Shown piece after piece: positions 1 through 10,794 of a DNA stretch of 64,000 nucleotides. Source of the stretch: Andalucia godoyi And28 (lineage: Eukaryota; Protista; Jakobida); NCBI GenBank assembly GCA_009859145.1, contig VRVR01000007.1, forward strand, positions 62,001 to 126,000, written 5' to 3'. Position 1 is the stretch's first letter. Every line of letters starts with the position of its first letter. A program made the position numbers and the translations under genes. Below the pieces are notes generated by a model. The model had not been told where the DNA came from. It made no database searches and saw only the letters and a program-made list of their open reading frames with translations.

Positions 1-357
1 TGTAGGATCCGTATTAGACGAAGAAAGGTTTTTTCCGTCTTCCTCCGTTCTTTTATTGCGATAGTGTTTATTATCTGTTTTAAGGAGGGATTTTCGCTTT
101 GGTGTTTTCCATTTTGGAAGGAGGAAAATTGCATCATTTATATTTTCTCCTCCCGCTTCTTCTGGTAACGTATCTGCGTCTTTCTTTTTGTTCCTGTTTT
201 GGAGTTTTATCTGTCCCTTTCCCGCCCTCCCTTCTCCTCTTTCGCAAACACACACATACACACATACACGCTCTCGTTCTGTCTCTAGTGAATAAGCAAA
301 GCAATAGGGATATCGCGCAGTGCTGCTCCAAGTGTTTGGTAGAGAGAAGTCGGGAAA

Positions 358-3138
358 ATGTCGGACGGAGAAGAGGTTGCGTATTCACCGAATAATCGAT
401 TTTCAAGACGAGATCTGATTGGGCAAGGCGCATTCAAGACGGTATATGCAGCGTTTGATCATCACGAAGGTATCGAGGTTGCATGGAACGAAGTCCGCTT
501 GTTGGATGACGCTTCATCGAGAGCCAAAGTGCTTGCAGAGATCCAGTTGCTGCAAAACTTGCACCATTCTAGCATCATCAACATGATTGAATCATGGGAG
601 CAGCCGCTGGTGGACGAGGAATCCAATGCGTCTCTGCATTCAAAAATGAGGAAACAAACAAGAATCGTTTTCATTACAGAGCTTATGACTTCTGGAACGC
701 TTCGTGCGTACATCGAGCGTGCACGGAAGCTGAAAGTGCGCACCATTCGGAGGTGGTGCAAGCAAATTTTGTCTGGGCTGGACTATCTGCACTCTCAGAA
801 AATCATTCATCGGGATCTGAAGTGCGACAACATATTCATCAATGGATCGCGTGGTGAGCTGAAGATCGGAGATCTCGGGTTATCAATCGCAATGTCGGGT
901 ACTTGTGCAGTCTCCTGCATCGGTACTCCGGAGTTCATGGCTCCAGAGTTGTACGAAGGCAATTACACCGAAAAGGTGGATATTTATGCGTTCGGAATGT
1001 GTTTGCTGGAAATGGTCACTGGGAAATACCCGTACAACGAGTGCTCTCACCCAGCGCAAATTTTCAAGAAGGTCACTTCTGGTGAAGAACCTTTGTCCTT
1101 GCAAAGCATCCCCGTCGATGAACTCCGAGAGTTCATTCGGATGTGTGTAGCGCGTGATCCGCAAAGAAGGCCGTCGGCGGCAGAGCTCCTGCAATCCAAG
1201 TTTCTTGAGGATCGAGAAGACGACGAGGAGTTTATCGAACTGGATGAGGAAGACAAGAAAGTCAAGCCTCAAAGTCGTGGGCCCATTGTGGACACTGTTG
1301 GGGAAATTGATCCATCAGGGTCTGTTACCCTCGCGCTCATGCTTGTCCTCAAGGGGAAAATGCAGTCTATTGAATTTCCATTCAATCTGCGCTTGGATCG
1401 GTCGTCCGAAGTAGCTCACGAAATGGTTCGCGCCCTCGAGCTGGACCAGCGAGAAGTCGTCGAAATCGGCAAGGCGATACAGCGTCGTGTGGACGAACTG
1501 ATCCCCAAGTTGATGGAGATTGATCGCAAGACGCAGGAGGCAACCGCCGCCGCTGTTGCTGCCGAGAAGCTGGAGGCGGGCGAGGAAACCTTCACAAATC
1601 ATGAAGCATCGAGCGAGGTGAATACCGATCGCGGTTCGTCTGCGACGGGTGCAGCAGACGACGCAGAGGATGCCCACACTGTGCACTCCGAAAACGAAGG
1701 TGCCCCAACGTCGCCTGTGCAAAATCATCACGTCGTATTTCATGATCAAGAGCCCCGCTCTGTCAGTTCTCCGCCAATGCAGCCAGCTCCTGCAACCCCC
1801 GAGGAGAAGCACCATGCTGAGAAAAAGTTAATGTCCATTTCCACGTCCACGTCCGAGCTTCTTCCGCGAACACCCAGGATGGATTTGATTCCGATGCTTG
1901 AGCGCCGCCCCATTCACGAAAAGGCTCTTTCTGAAAGCGAAGTCCCTTCGAATCTAGGCAAGGGCACAAACCATGACGACTCATTTGACTTGGAAGATGC
2001 TGCTCACCTCCGGAGTTCCTCAATGGATGATTCGATCGCAGCGCATCTTGGATCCGATTCCTCGCTTTCTGGAATGTCAGACAAGTTGTCTGTTCCCGCG
2101 TCTCTATCGTCACATTCTGTCGAGCAGAATCCGAGGATATTGTCGTCTCCATCGCGAGCGATTGCTGCCAACCACGTGTCTGCTTCCGCTCTGTCTTCGA
2201 CTTCTTTATCGTCGATCTTGTCGACGCATGAAAAGGACGAGGAGGTCGACGATGAGTCGTTTGACAGTATGAAGATTCGTCATAAGAAGGAAGAAACAGA
2301 GCTGCATGACCGACACCGTCGGGAAGAAACGGCTTGGCACGAGCGGCAGAAAAAGAAGCACAAAGCGGCTTCTATCTCGCAGAAGTTGGCGACGACCGTT
2401 CCGTTTCATGCTGCAGGAACTGTGAATCCTACGCTACCACCGCTCCCGCCAACTTCGTATGCTTCTTCAGTTTCCGTTGTGCACGCTCCAATGAACAGCC
2501 AGTCGGTTTCCCCACCTTTGCTGTCCACTTCAGTAGTACCTCCCACCCATCCGCACTCCATTGCCGCAAATGCTCAGCATGTTTCGACATCATCTATGTC
2601 TGCGGTTCCTGCATCCAACTCACATCACATCGGGTTGTCATCGATGGCAGCGGGGAGTCAAAGTGCGTTTGCCCATCCGACAGTGGATCGATCGAGCTCT
2701 GTTCCGGCGGTTTCGGGTAATCCGGGACAACACTCGGCCCCTGCTGCGAAGCGACCTTTAGCAAAGGACAAGGACGACGATGACGATCTTCTCAAGGAAA
2801 TGATGATGCGAAATGTGAATGGACTTACAAGTTCAACATCTAGCAACGCATCGAGCAGCTCAGGAAGCAATCACAATCAAAATCACAGCCACAACCACAA
2901 CAGGTCTTCGTCCGGAATGCCTGGTACTCCCAATCAGGGTCGCCACTTTGCCATGCGCCCAGTCGCCACTCTCGTCGATCCATTCGTGCTGCACAATCCG
3001 CAAATGCAATCTTCGGGCAAGAATCCGGCGTATCTCCAAGGCACTCCAAATGCAAAGATGAATGGGTCTGGAGTTTCAAATATCCAGTCTTCTGCATCTG
3101 TGGGGCTTCCCATCTCTTCCTCTTCCACTTCTTCGTAA
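358..3138 (+). CDS. WNK: WNK-family Ser/Thr protein kinase with long low-complexity C-terminus
   Basis: 926-aa ORF; IGQGAFKTVY (catalytic Lys in subdomain I), EVAWN, IIHRDLKCDNIFING, KIGDLGL, IGTPEFMAPE are WNK hallmarks. Confidence 0.93.
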   Translation: MSDGEEVAYSPNNRFSRRDLIGQGAFKTVYAAFDHHEGIEVAWNEVRLLDDASSRAKVLAEIQLLQNLHHSSIINMIESWEQPLVDEESNASLHSKMRKQTRIVFITELMTSGTLRAYIERARKLKVRTIRRWCKQILSGLDYLHSQKIIHRDLKCDNIFINGSRGELKIGDLGLSIAMSGTCAVSCIGTPEFMAPELYEGNYTEKVDIYAFGMCLLEMVTGKYPYNECSHPAQIFKKVTSGEEPLSLQSIPVDELREFIRMCVARDPQRRPSAAELLQSKFLEDREDDEEFIELDEEDKKVKPQSRGPIVDTVGEIDPSGSVTLALMLVLKGKMQSIEFPFNLRLDRSSEVAHEMVRALELDQREVVEIGKAIQRRVDELIPKLMEIDRKTQEATAAAVAAEKLEAGEETFTNHEASSEVNTDRGSSATGAADDAEDAHTVHSENEGAPTSPVQNHHVVFHDQEPRSVSSPPMQPAPATPEEKHHAEKKLMSISTSTSELLPRTPRMDLIPMLERRPIHEKALSESEVPSNLGKGTNHDDSFDLEDAAHLRSSSMDDSIAAHLGSDSSLSGMSDKLSVPASLSSHSVEQNPRILSSPSRAIAANHVSASALSSTSLSSILSTHEKDEEVDDESFDSMKIRHKKEETELHDRHRREETAWHERQKKKHKAASISQKLATTVPFHAAGTVNPTLPPLPPTSYASSVSVVHAPMNSQSVSPPLLSTSVVPPTHPHSIAANAQHVSTSSMSAVPASNSHHIGLSSMAAGSQSAFAHPTVDRSSSVPAVSGNPGQHSAPAAKRPLAKDKDDDDDLLKEMMMRNVNGLTSSTSSNASSSSGSNHNQNHSHNHNRSSSGMPGTPNQGRHFAMRPVATLVDPFVLHNPQMQSSGKNPAYLQGTPNAKMNGSGVSNIQSSASVGLPISSSSTSS

Positions 3139-3630
3139 CACTCTTTACACTCTGAGTTTTTTTATTTGTTTTTTATTATATTAATCGTGATTTCTTCGAT
3201 GTCGTCGTTGTCGATGTCGTCGTCATCATCGTCATCGTCATCTTCTTGTTGCCCATTTTGCAAGAAGCTTGTTTCGCTGGCATGCTTCGTTTCCCTCCGC
3301 ATTTGATTTTTACGCATGCCTCATGACGTTGTTTTCGGACACTGCCTGCTTTTTCCCTCTCTCGTTGTTGTCAAATAGCACACACCACGTAGGCACTGGT
3401 TTTCGGAGGTGTCCCCGCCTCTTACCACACCTCCTGCACCTCGCCCCCCTGTTCCATGTATAAATAAAACAATAATAAAAAATTGATTCTTTGTGCTCGC
3501 CCTGCTTCCTTCACCACTGCGTACAGCCCACGCAGTCCGCAGGCCTTTTTCCTCGTTTCCATCCAAACTTTCATTCTCGACAAAATTCAGCGGATAACAA
3601 ACGTCAACTTCCGTCTAAGATGCCTCTTCT

Positions 3631-4126
3631 CCTCCAGCCCAAAACGACTGGTGGACGGCTGTGAATATCATCGGATAGTATGGCTGAAGGTGTGCAGATC
3701 GAGGCTCAATGAGACGCTGTCGAACACTGACAAGCCAATTCCTTGTAACCGACGATTCTTCTGCCGTGGCCTCACTCTCTCTGTGTCGCACACCATTTGC
3801 CAATCAACAGAATCAATACAATATCCGCTCGATTGAAAACAGGGAAGGAAAGATCGAGAGAGAGAATGAACAAGTGGATTAAAAATGCGGAATGGCAATA
3901 AATGAAGCTCGTTGAAACCCCTCGAGGTTCCCATGGTTCCCAAGGTCCAAACGGTTCTAACGAATGCACTCATTGATCAATTCGAGAGCTCCAGAACAGG
4001 AAATCAGGATGATTCTGTTTTGGGGTGCGCAGGCCCCACGGATGTCCCATTCAAAAGGGGAACTCACTGGATGCAGCATGCAAGCCTAATGTTTGGAGAG
4101 AGAAGTTTGGGTTAGAGGGGAGTACT
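3631..4126 (+). mobile_element. Dispersed repeat family A, copy A1 (MITE-like, ~496 bp)
   Basis: Reverse complement of 9191-9686 with only one difference seen by eye (ORF-track translations identical); imperfect ~13-bp terminal inverted repeats CCTCYARCCCAAA (3631-3643 / 4106-4118); ends in AGTACT. Confidence 0.9.
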
Positions 4127-4469
4127 GGACTTGAAGTCTCAAACGGGCCTCGTTTTCAATATGTTACGTGTTTCGCATTAAAGAAACCTGTTTTTGTTTC
4201 CCAAACATCCTATATGATTTATTTTACTTTATTTTATTTTAATTTATTTTCTCTTCCTTTTCATTATCGTCATCATCATTTGTTGCTGTTTTAATTTTCC
4301 TTGAAGGGAGTGGAAAGAGGATTCTCTCGAGAAAGCCCAGGTTTCCGAAGAAAAGGTCTAGCGCTCACCCACACAGAGACACACTCCTCTTTCTGGAAAT
4401 AATCTACGTTCCGATTCACTCCGATTCACTCTGAAAACACGCTCCGATAGGGTTTGCTTTCTGTGAGAA

Positions 4470-5324
4470 ATGATCCGATTGTGTTCAGGCGAGAAATCGC
4501 ATATTGGATTTCGACCGAGTCTGGAAGACGAAGCGATTGTGCATGACCACATTGAAGCTGCACTCGGAAACATCGCTGCGTCGGCATCGTCGCTGCCGTC
4601 TTATGCACTGCATGCGCTGTATGCTGTGTTCGACGGACATGCGGGGGGCGAATGTGCAAAGTATTTGGCAGATAACATGCTCCGAACGCTGTATAACCAT
4701 CCGCAGTTCCACTCGGATTTGCAGTTCGCTCTGCGCTCTGGATTCCGCCAGATTGACGACATGTTCCAAAAAGTAGCAAATCGAGCGCGGTCAGAAGCGG
4801 GATCGACGGCAGTGCTCGCCATCATTCGAAATCGGAGGCTGTATGTTGCCAACGTCGGCGATTCGCGAGCGATTCTGTGCAAGCGAGGAGTCGCAATTGC
4901 ACTCAGTCAGGATCAGAAGCCTACTCGGTCCGACGAGAAGGAGCGCATTGAACGGGCTGGCGGGTTTGTCGAGTTTGGAAGAGTCATGGGACTGCTTGCG
5001 GTTTCAAGGGCGTTCGGGGACTTTGAGTACAAGGAAGCTGGAAAGCCGGTGGTGATTTGCGACCCAGAGGTTCAGGAAATCGACTTAAACAGCGAATGCG
5101 AGTTCCTGGTCCTTGCTTGCGATGGTATCTGGGACGTAATGTCCAATCAGGATGTCTGTACCCTCATCACGGAACTGCGTGATGATATGAGACGAAAGGG
5201 CGTCTGGAAAGGATCCGAAAAGGACGCAATCAGACTTGCTGAGAGAATCGTTCATGAGGCCATCAACAGACGAAGCGGAGACAACTGCACTGCCGTCGTT
5301 GTGATTATGAATCATGATACGTGA
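4470..5324 (+). CDS. Protein phosphatase 2C (PPM family)
   Basis: R..LED, AVFDGHAG, GSTA, LYVANVGDSRAIL, LAVSRAFGD, FLVLACDGIWDV, GDNCT motifs. Confidence 0.95.
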   Translation: MIRLCSGEKSHIGFRPSLEDEAIVHDHIEAALGNIAASASSLPSYALHALYAVFDGHAGGECAKYLADNMLRTLYNHPQFHSDLQFALRSGFRQIDDMFQKVANRARSEAGSTAVLAIIRNRRLYVANVGDSRAILCKRGVAIALSQDQKPTRSDEKERIERAGGFVEFGRVMGLLAVSRAFGDFEYKEAGKPVVICDPEVQEIDLNSECEFLVLACDGIWDVMSNQDVCTLITELRDDMRRKGVWKGSEKDAIRLAERIVHEAINRRSGDNCTAVVVIMNHDT

Positions 5325-5399
5325 TTTCACCGCTTTACATGTGTTATTTTTTATTTTCCTGCCACCCTTTTCATATTCTTCTTCTTTTTTCCTTCACAG

Positions 5400-5612
5400 G
5401 AGTAACGTTGTGTTGTGAACTTGTTGTGTTTTCCTGAGCGGCGGGCGCATCTACACAACGGGGGGGAAAAAGCCAGAATACAACGTTCGCACCTGAAAAC
5501 GTTTCATCCACAGAAGGTTTTGGTTGGGATTGGGCTGTTTTTCGCACACGAGGTCATGAAACTTTAATGTACTATCATAGACTGTAAATTATGTTCACAA
5601 ACGAGATTCACA
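5400..5612 (-). pseudogene. Possible degraded Fanzor1 fragment (RuvC-II to Zn-finger region), relic F
   Basis: Colinear minus-strand peptides with frameshifts: ESR(L)VN (5593-5609), KNSPIPTK (5518-5542), VDE (5503-5511), CERC (5480-5491), RPPLR (5433-5447), VH (5415-5420); matched from memory to Fanzor1 motifs. Confidence 0.35.
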
Positions 5613-5694
5613 GTAGGTAACGACATCCAGAATATCTATCAGACCGTAAGAACAGCAGTTTCCACACGCAGATGCCACCACCAACAACAGATGT

Positions 5695-8685
5695 TTACAC
5701 AACATTGGCAGTCAACCAAGTGCTCAGCGCATTCATGTTCGTCGCTCGCCAGGCAATGTTGGACAAGATGCGCTCGCGCGCAGAATCAATGGCCGTGGCA
5801 GCAGTCGATGGCCGATGCGTCGAGAAGAACGCATCGAATTCGGCAAGCCGAGAGGACGTAGCGAAATCACCCGTCGTGTAGGAAACAACGCGACCCATTG
5901 TGTAGCCTGCACCATACCGTCGCACGTATTCGTCCCAGTTCTCCTGCACATACTCCCAGGCAAGTTGCTGACCTAGATAACTGGACGCAATGTAAGCAAG
6001 AAACGTAACCGAATCTTGCGCGCGAACCTTGCTTTCGTCCAAAGAAGCGATCAAGGACTTGGTCAGCAGGTATGGAGTCTGGGCCGCTGAAAGAGCACGC
6101 AGAATTCGAGCCGTCTCGCCTGGCGTGCTGCCCGGCTTTCCGAGCTGTGTATACACAGCATCGTACGCCGCTTCCCCTCCAGATGTGACGTACGCAACAT
6201 ATACGGCCGTGCGCATGTCCCCAGAGAGAGCACCCATGGCTGCAGAATCACTGAATTTGGAAGCAAGTGCTGTGATGATTGCGTCGTCGCCGTACGCAAT
6301 CGCAGTCGAATACAAAATGTAACGCAGCTTTCCAATCTGGACCGATTCATCCACAACCGGCGTCATCCCGATTGCGGTGGTCGCCTTCTGAATGATTGTC
6401 CGCACAAACTTGCGGAAGTTTCCGAAGCTTGCATCCGTCCGAGCAAGAACCGCCCACTTTTGCAAGTTTGACAACGCAACGGACCACACAGGGTACTCGG
6501 ATTCATCCTTCAGCGCCTTGACAAGGTTCAACACATCAGCAATCGGCAACGACTTGACGGAAGCAAAGTAGAAAGCGTCGTTGATGACGCTGAAGCGATC
6601 CCCGGCATCTGCCATCGAAGCAGTATCACCGCCCGCGATGGCTGCTGCAAATGCTTGCCAGACCGCCAAAGGATAGTTGACCCGAGCAATGACAACTTGG
6701 CCAGCATTCAACTTGTACCATGTGAGATTCTGACCAATGTCGAACGTAGCCCCAGCACGAGTATCAATCGTCTTGGAAGTATCTACAGCGGTGGCACCGG
6801 GCAAGACAAGACGCAGATTCACATGCCACACGGAAGTTTTGTCGAAGGCATTGATCGCGGCTTGTGAGACGACAAGCTTTCCGGTTGCAGCATCATACTG
6901 AGACGTCAACAAAGGATAGCCGGGCTGCCTGACCCAGCCATCATACTTGAAAATCTTTCCCTTGTTTGCTGCAGAGACTGCCTTGTCAATGGAGTCCCAC
7001 AGATTTGATGTGCTTGGGTTTCGGTATTGCCATGTGGCAAGATATGCCTGCAAACCTCTGAAGAAGTCGTCTTCGCCCAAGTCATTGAAAATCATGCGGA
7101 GAACATTGCCGCCCTTGTCATACGAGCGATAGTCAAACATGGAGTCAATCTCTCCTTGGTCGAAGACTTGAGGATTGATCATCGCTGTTGTCGAGTTCAA
7201 AGAATCCTCCTCCAACAACCCCGCGATCTCTCCTGTCAAGAAAGAGTACGGCATGATTTTCCACTCGGGTTTCAGTTTGTCCGACGTGAAGTATTCAAAG
7301 AATGTTGCAAATCCCTCCGCAAGCCAGAGCTCAGACCACCACACAGGCGTAATGAGATTGCCAAACCACTGATGTGCAAGCTCGTGGCAAACAACGCGGA
7401 AAACATAATCAAGATCAGAACTCGTGGTATCGCTGTTCACGAGAATTGCGCGATCTCGGAAGGTCACAAGGCCCCAATTCTCTGACACAAAACACAGAAC
7501 CATATATTAAAAAAAATAAAAACCGATTACGAACAACGAAGAAGGAGAGCAGCAACAACAAATCGTTAGAATTCTGAAGCGTGAGATCAATCGAAAAACA
7601 AGCAAGTACCAAACATCCAAAAACATACCCATAGCTCCTGCAGAAAATTCAACAATGGCAGCGATGTCCACCTTCGGAAGAGGATAGTTAATACCAAGAT
7701 TCTTATTAAACCACGGGATCGCCTGAGATGCAGTGTCCAATGCAAACTGCGCCTGATCAACAATACCGGGAATCGTAATGGCACCATAATTGATGCCACC
7801 CACATCCTTTTCTATACGGTCCATTCCTTCCGGAGCAATGATCCACGCGAGAAGATAGGAAGACATCTTCACCGTCGGCTCGAACTCCACGCGATCAAAC
7901 GAAACATCCTGCGACCACGGAGCGCGAGTCTTGACTGGCATATTTGAAAATGCAGCAGCGCCTGAAGGGGCAATCAAGACGAACGAAAAATTGGCCTTGA
8001 ACAGAGCTTCATCAAAGCAAACAAACGCCCGACGAGCGGACGTCGATTCGAACTGTGTCACTCCGAGCCAGATTTGCTGCGGATACGACGCGTTCGTGTA
8101 CCCGGCTCTGTAAAACCCATGCGCATCATTTGCCAAGATGCCATTGTACTTGAAATCAATCGTTCCATGCTGCCCACTCTTTGCAACAACGTCCAGCTGG
8201 ATAGTCAAGATGTCTGTTTCGGGATCAATGCTGTACGAAAGCACCTTGCCCAAGGAAGTGGTCACTGATGTTATTGCAATGTTCTCAGCATGCATCTGCA
8301 CACACGAAGTATCCTGGACCACGCTTACTGCCACTGTTTCCACTCCGGAAAAATTAAAGTTTGGAGCAAAGGATATTCTCTGCATTTCAACTGAGTACTC
8401 GATCGGAAACACAGACTGCGGAAGCCTGTATTTCGAGACTGTCGACACCACGCATGCCTTTGCAATATCTGGATTCGAGTTTCCGCCATCGCCGCCAGAG
8501 TTGTTGCTCGAAGACTCCTCTTTGCCCGAGGTAGCAGCAACAATGATCACCAGCAGCAACACTATCGATGCAATCCCCGAACCAATCCAGAACTTCCTCG
8601 ACTTGAGAACCTTCTTCCACACCGGTGTCTCTTGCACTATCCGAAGATCCCCGACATCGTCATCCATCGAATCATCACGAATCAT
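5695..8685 (-). CDS. M1-family aminopeptidase N with N-terminal membrane anchor; two exons
   Basis: GT-AG intron 7628-7482 joins GAM-ENWGL (GAMEN motif); HELAH..E (LWLAEGFA) zinc motif; ERAP1-like C-terminal region; hydrophobic N-terminal anchor. Confidence 0.93.
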
Positions 8686-8852
8686 CTCCCACTTCCACCA
8701 CCAGCAGGATCAACAGCCCGAACTACACCTGTAAAAAGATGATACAAAATAATAATAATAATAGTAGTAGTAGTAGTAGTAGTAATAACAATAGTAGTAA
8801 TAGCAGTAAGCCCAAGACGAAAATTGAACAGAGAGAAGAGAAGCAGGAGTGA

Positions 8853-9075
8853 CTGGATAGTGTGACAGTAGTCAGCCTGCAGCAAGTCAGCACGCAAGCC
8901 GGGGCTTCAAGTCGTTCAAGTATTATTTGCCCATTGTCGGAGGATTTTCTCCGATTGAGAACGCGGGGCCATAGAATGTACGGCAGGCAACATCGTTTCG
9001 CAGAGAGCATGTTCCACGACAGCAGGCAATCAGCACAAAGAACGCATTGGTGCTGTTGCCGAATCGAAAGTGGGT
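8853..9075 (+). pseudogene. Possible Tc1/IS630-like transposase C-terminal relic
   Basis: KYYLPIVGGFSPIENAG (8918-8968) resembles YLPPYSPDFNPIENAW; upstream LD (8853-8858) is about 33 codons from the E, with a frameshift. Confidence 0.38.
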
Positions 9076-9190
9076 TTTCAAAGAAAAAGAAGAAGAGAAA
9101 ATAGAGAAAAGAATAGAAAAAGAAAGCGTACTGAACAAGGCAGCTGTGGATGCAACCGAAATCTGAAGAGGCTTGCGTTGGATGACGGTA

Positions 9191-9687
9191 AGTACTCCCC
9201 TCTAACCCAAACTTCTCTCTCCAAACATTAGGCTTGCATGCTGCATCCAGTGAGTTCCCCTTTTGAATGGGACATCCGTGGGGCCTGCGCACCCCAAAAC
9301 AGAATCATCCTGATTTCCTGTTCTGGAGCTCTCGAATTGATCAATGAGTGCATTCGTTAGAACCGTTTGGACCTTGGGAACCATGGGAACCTCGAGGGGT
9401 TTCAACGAGCTTCATTTATTGCCATTCCGCATTTTTAATCCACTTGTTCATTCTCTCTCTCGATCTTTCCTTCCCTGTTTTCAATCGAGCGGATATTGTA
9501 TTGATTCTGTTGATTGGCAAATGGTGTGCGACACAGAGAGAGTGAGGCCACGGCAGAAGAATCGTCGGTTACAAGGAATTGGCTTGTCAGTGTTCGACAG
9601 CGTCTCATTGAGCCTCGATCTGCACACCTTCAGCCATACTATCCGATGATATTCACAGCCGTCCACCAGTCGTTTTGGGTTGGAGGG
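9191..9687 (-). mobile_element. Dispersed repeat family A, copy A2
   Basis: Inverted near-identical copy of 3631-4126; AGTACT-CCCCTCTAACCCAAA at 9191-9211, TTTGGGTTGGAGGG at 9674-9687 followed by TTA. Confidence 0.9.
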
Positions 9688-9849
9688 TTATACATATGAA
9701 AATTGTTCATTGAAACTGCAGTTTTGCGGCTTTTCTATCTTTACAGTATCATTATCTCGACACACATCCACATCCACATCCACGTCCACATCCCCACATC
9801 CTTACCCCCGTAGCCCCCGCCATGTACCCACGCACATCGGGTAAAAGCG

Positions 9850-10662
9850 TCACGATCGACGAAACTTCTTTTTGTACATGCCGCTCTTATACTCTGCAGC
9901 ACGAGCGGCGGCGGCAGCAGCAGCAGCCTCCTTTGCTCTTTTTGCAGCCTCCTTGACCGCGACCTCCGGGTCCAAAAACGCTCTTTCGATATGCTTGTTC
10001 TGCCAGTCTGCAGTCCTCGTTCGCTTTCTCTTCACAGGCTCATCCTGCTTCTGATTGGGTCTGTCGAACACGTGGAGTCGAGGAACATTGTACTTCTTTA
10101 CCAGCTCATTCAAATCGTGTTCTCCCTGGAACATGCGAATTGCACTCCACATTGCAGAAATGTTGGGGTCAAATGCATTCGCGCACGCCGGATGCCTTCC
10201 AAAAAGCCTCTCTTGGTTCTGAACTTTGACGACAGAGGCCTGGCACTCCGCAATGACCAGCGCAATATCATCCTCCACTCCTGGATAGCTATCCAGCAAG
10301 TCGTGTCTCCATACCCCGTCTTGCTGAGTCCGCAGATACTGCAGCAGACCCTCGCGGCTCTTGACCTCGGGAACCCCTCCCACAAACAGAAACGTCTGTA
10401 CCCCTGCAGACCCGGCCTCCTTTGCAGTCTTGAATCCTTTCCTGATCTTCGCATTCTGGCGAAGCGCGCTTTCCACCTCGACCCATTGCTGGTGCTGAAC
10501 ACTCGAGAAAAAAGATGGCTTTTCCTGCAACAGCATAATCTTGATTTCATCCATCGACAGAGGAACACGGTCCTTCTTCAACACATCGATGCTCTCCTTC
10601 AACACTTCCTCTGAGCGAACAGGCTGCAGCGCGTCCTCAGCATTCTCTGGCTTCACCGACAT
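9850..10662 (-). CDS. Transcription initiation factor IIE beta subunit-like
   Basis: 270 aa; winged-helix-like region, GV...DL.DSY....DI segment and basic C-terminal RTR...QNKH typical of TFIIE-beta. Confidence 0.65.
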   Translation of the reverse strand: MSVKPENAEDALQPVRSEEVLKESIDVLKKDRVPLSMDEIKIMLLQEKPSFFSSVQHQQWVEVESALRQNAKIRKGFKTAKEAGSAGVQTFLFVGGVPEVKSREGLLQYLRTQQDGVWRHDLLDSYPGVEDDIALVIAECQASVVKVQNQERLFGRHPACANAFDPNISAMWSAIRMFQGEHDLNELVKKYNVPRLHVFDRPNQKQDEPVKRKRTRTADWQNKHIERAFLDPEVAVKEAAKRAKEAAAAAAAARAAEYKSGMYKKKFRRS

Positions 10663-10794
10663 CTCCTAACAATCCATGTGAAGAGGGAAAACACAATGGA
10701 AAATAAGGAACGGTGGGACTATTACTATTTTCTTCTTAAGCTTTGTTGTTTCTTCTTTTCTTTTCTTCAAATCAATAAAATTACAAATAGATAA

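Noticed and set aside
3631-4126. Family A as a ribozyme, SINE or CRISPR-like array
   Set aside because: No hammerhead, HDV or twister core recognised, no Pol III A/B boxes or poly-A tail, and no repeat-spacer periodicity
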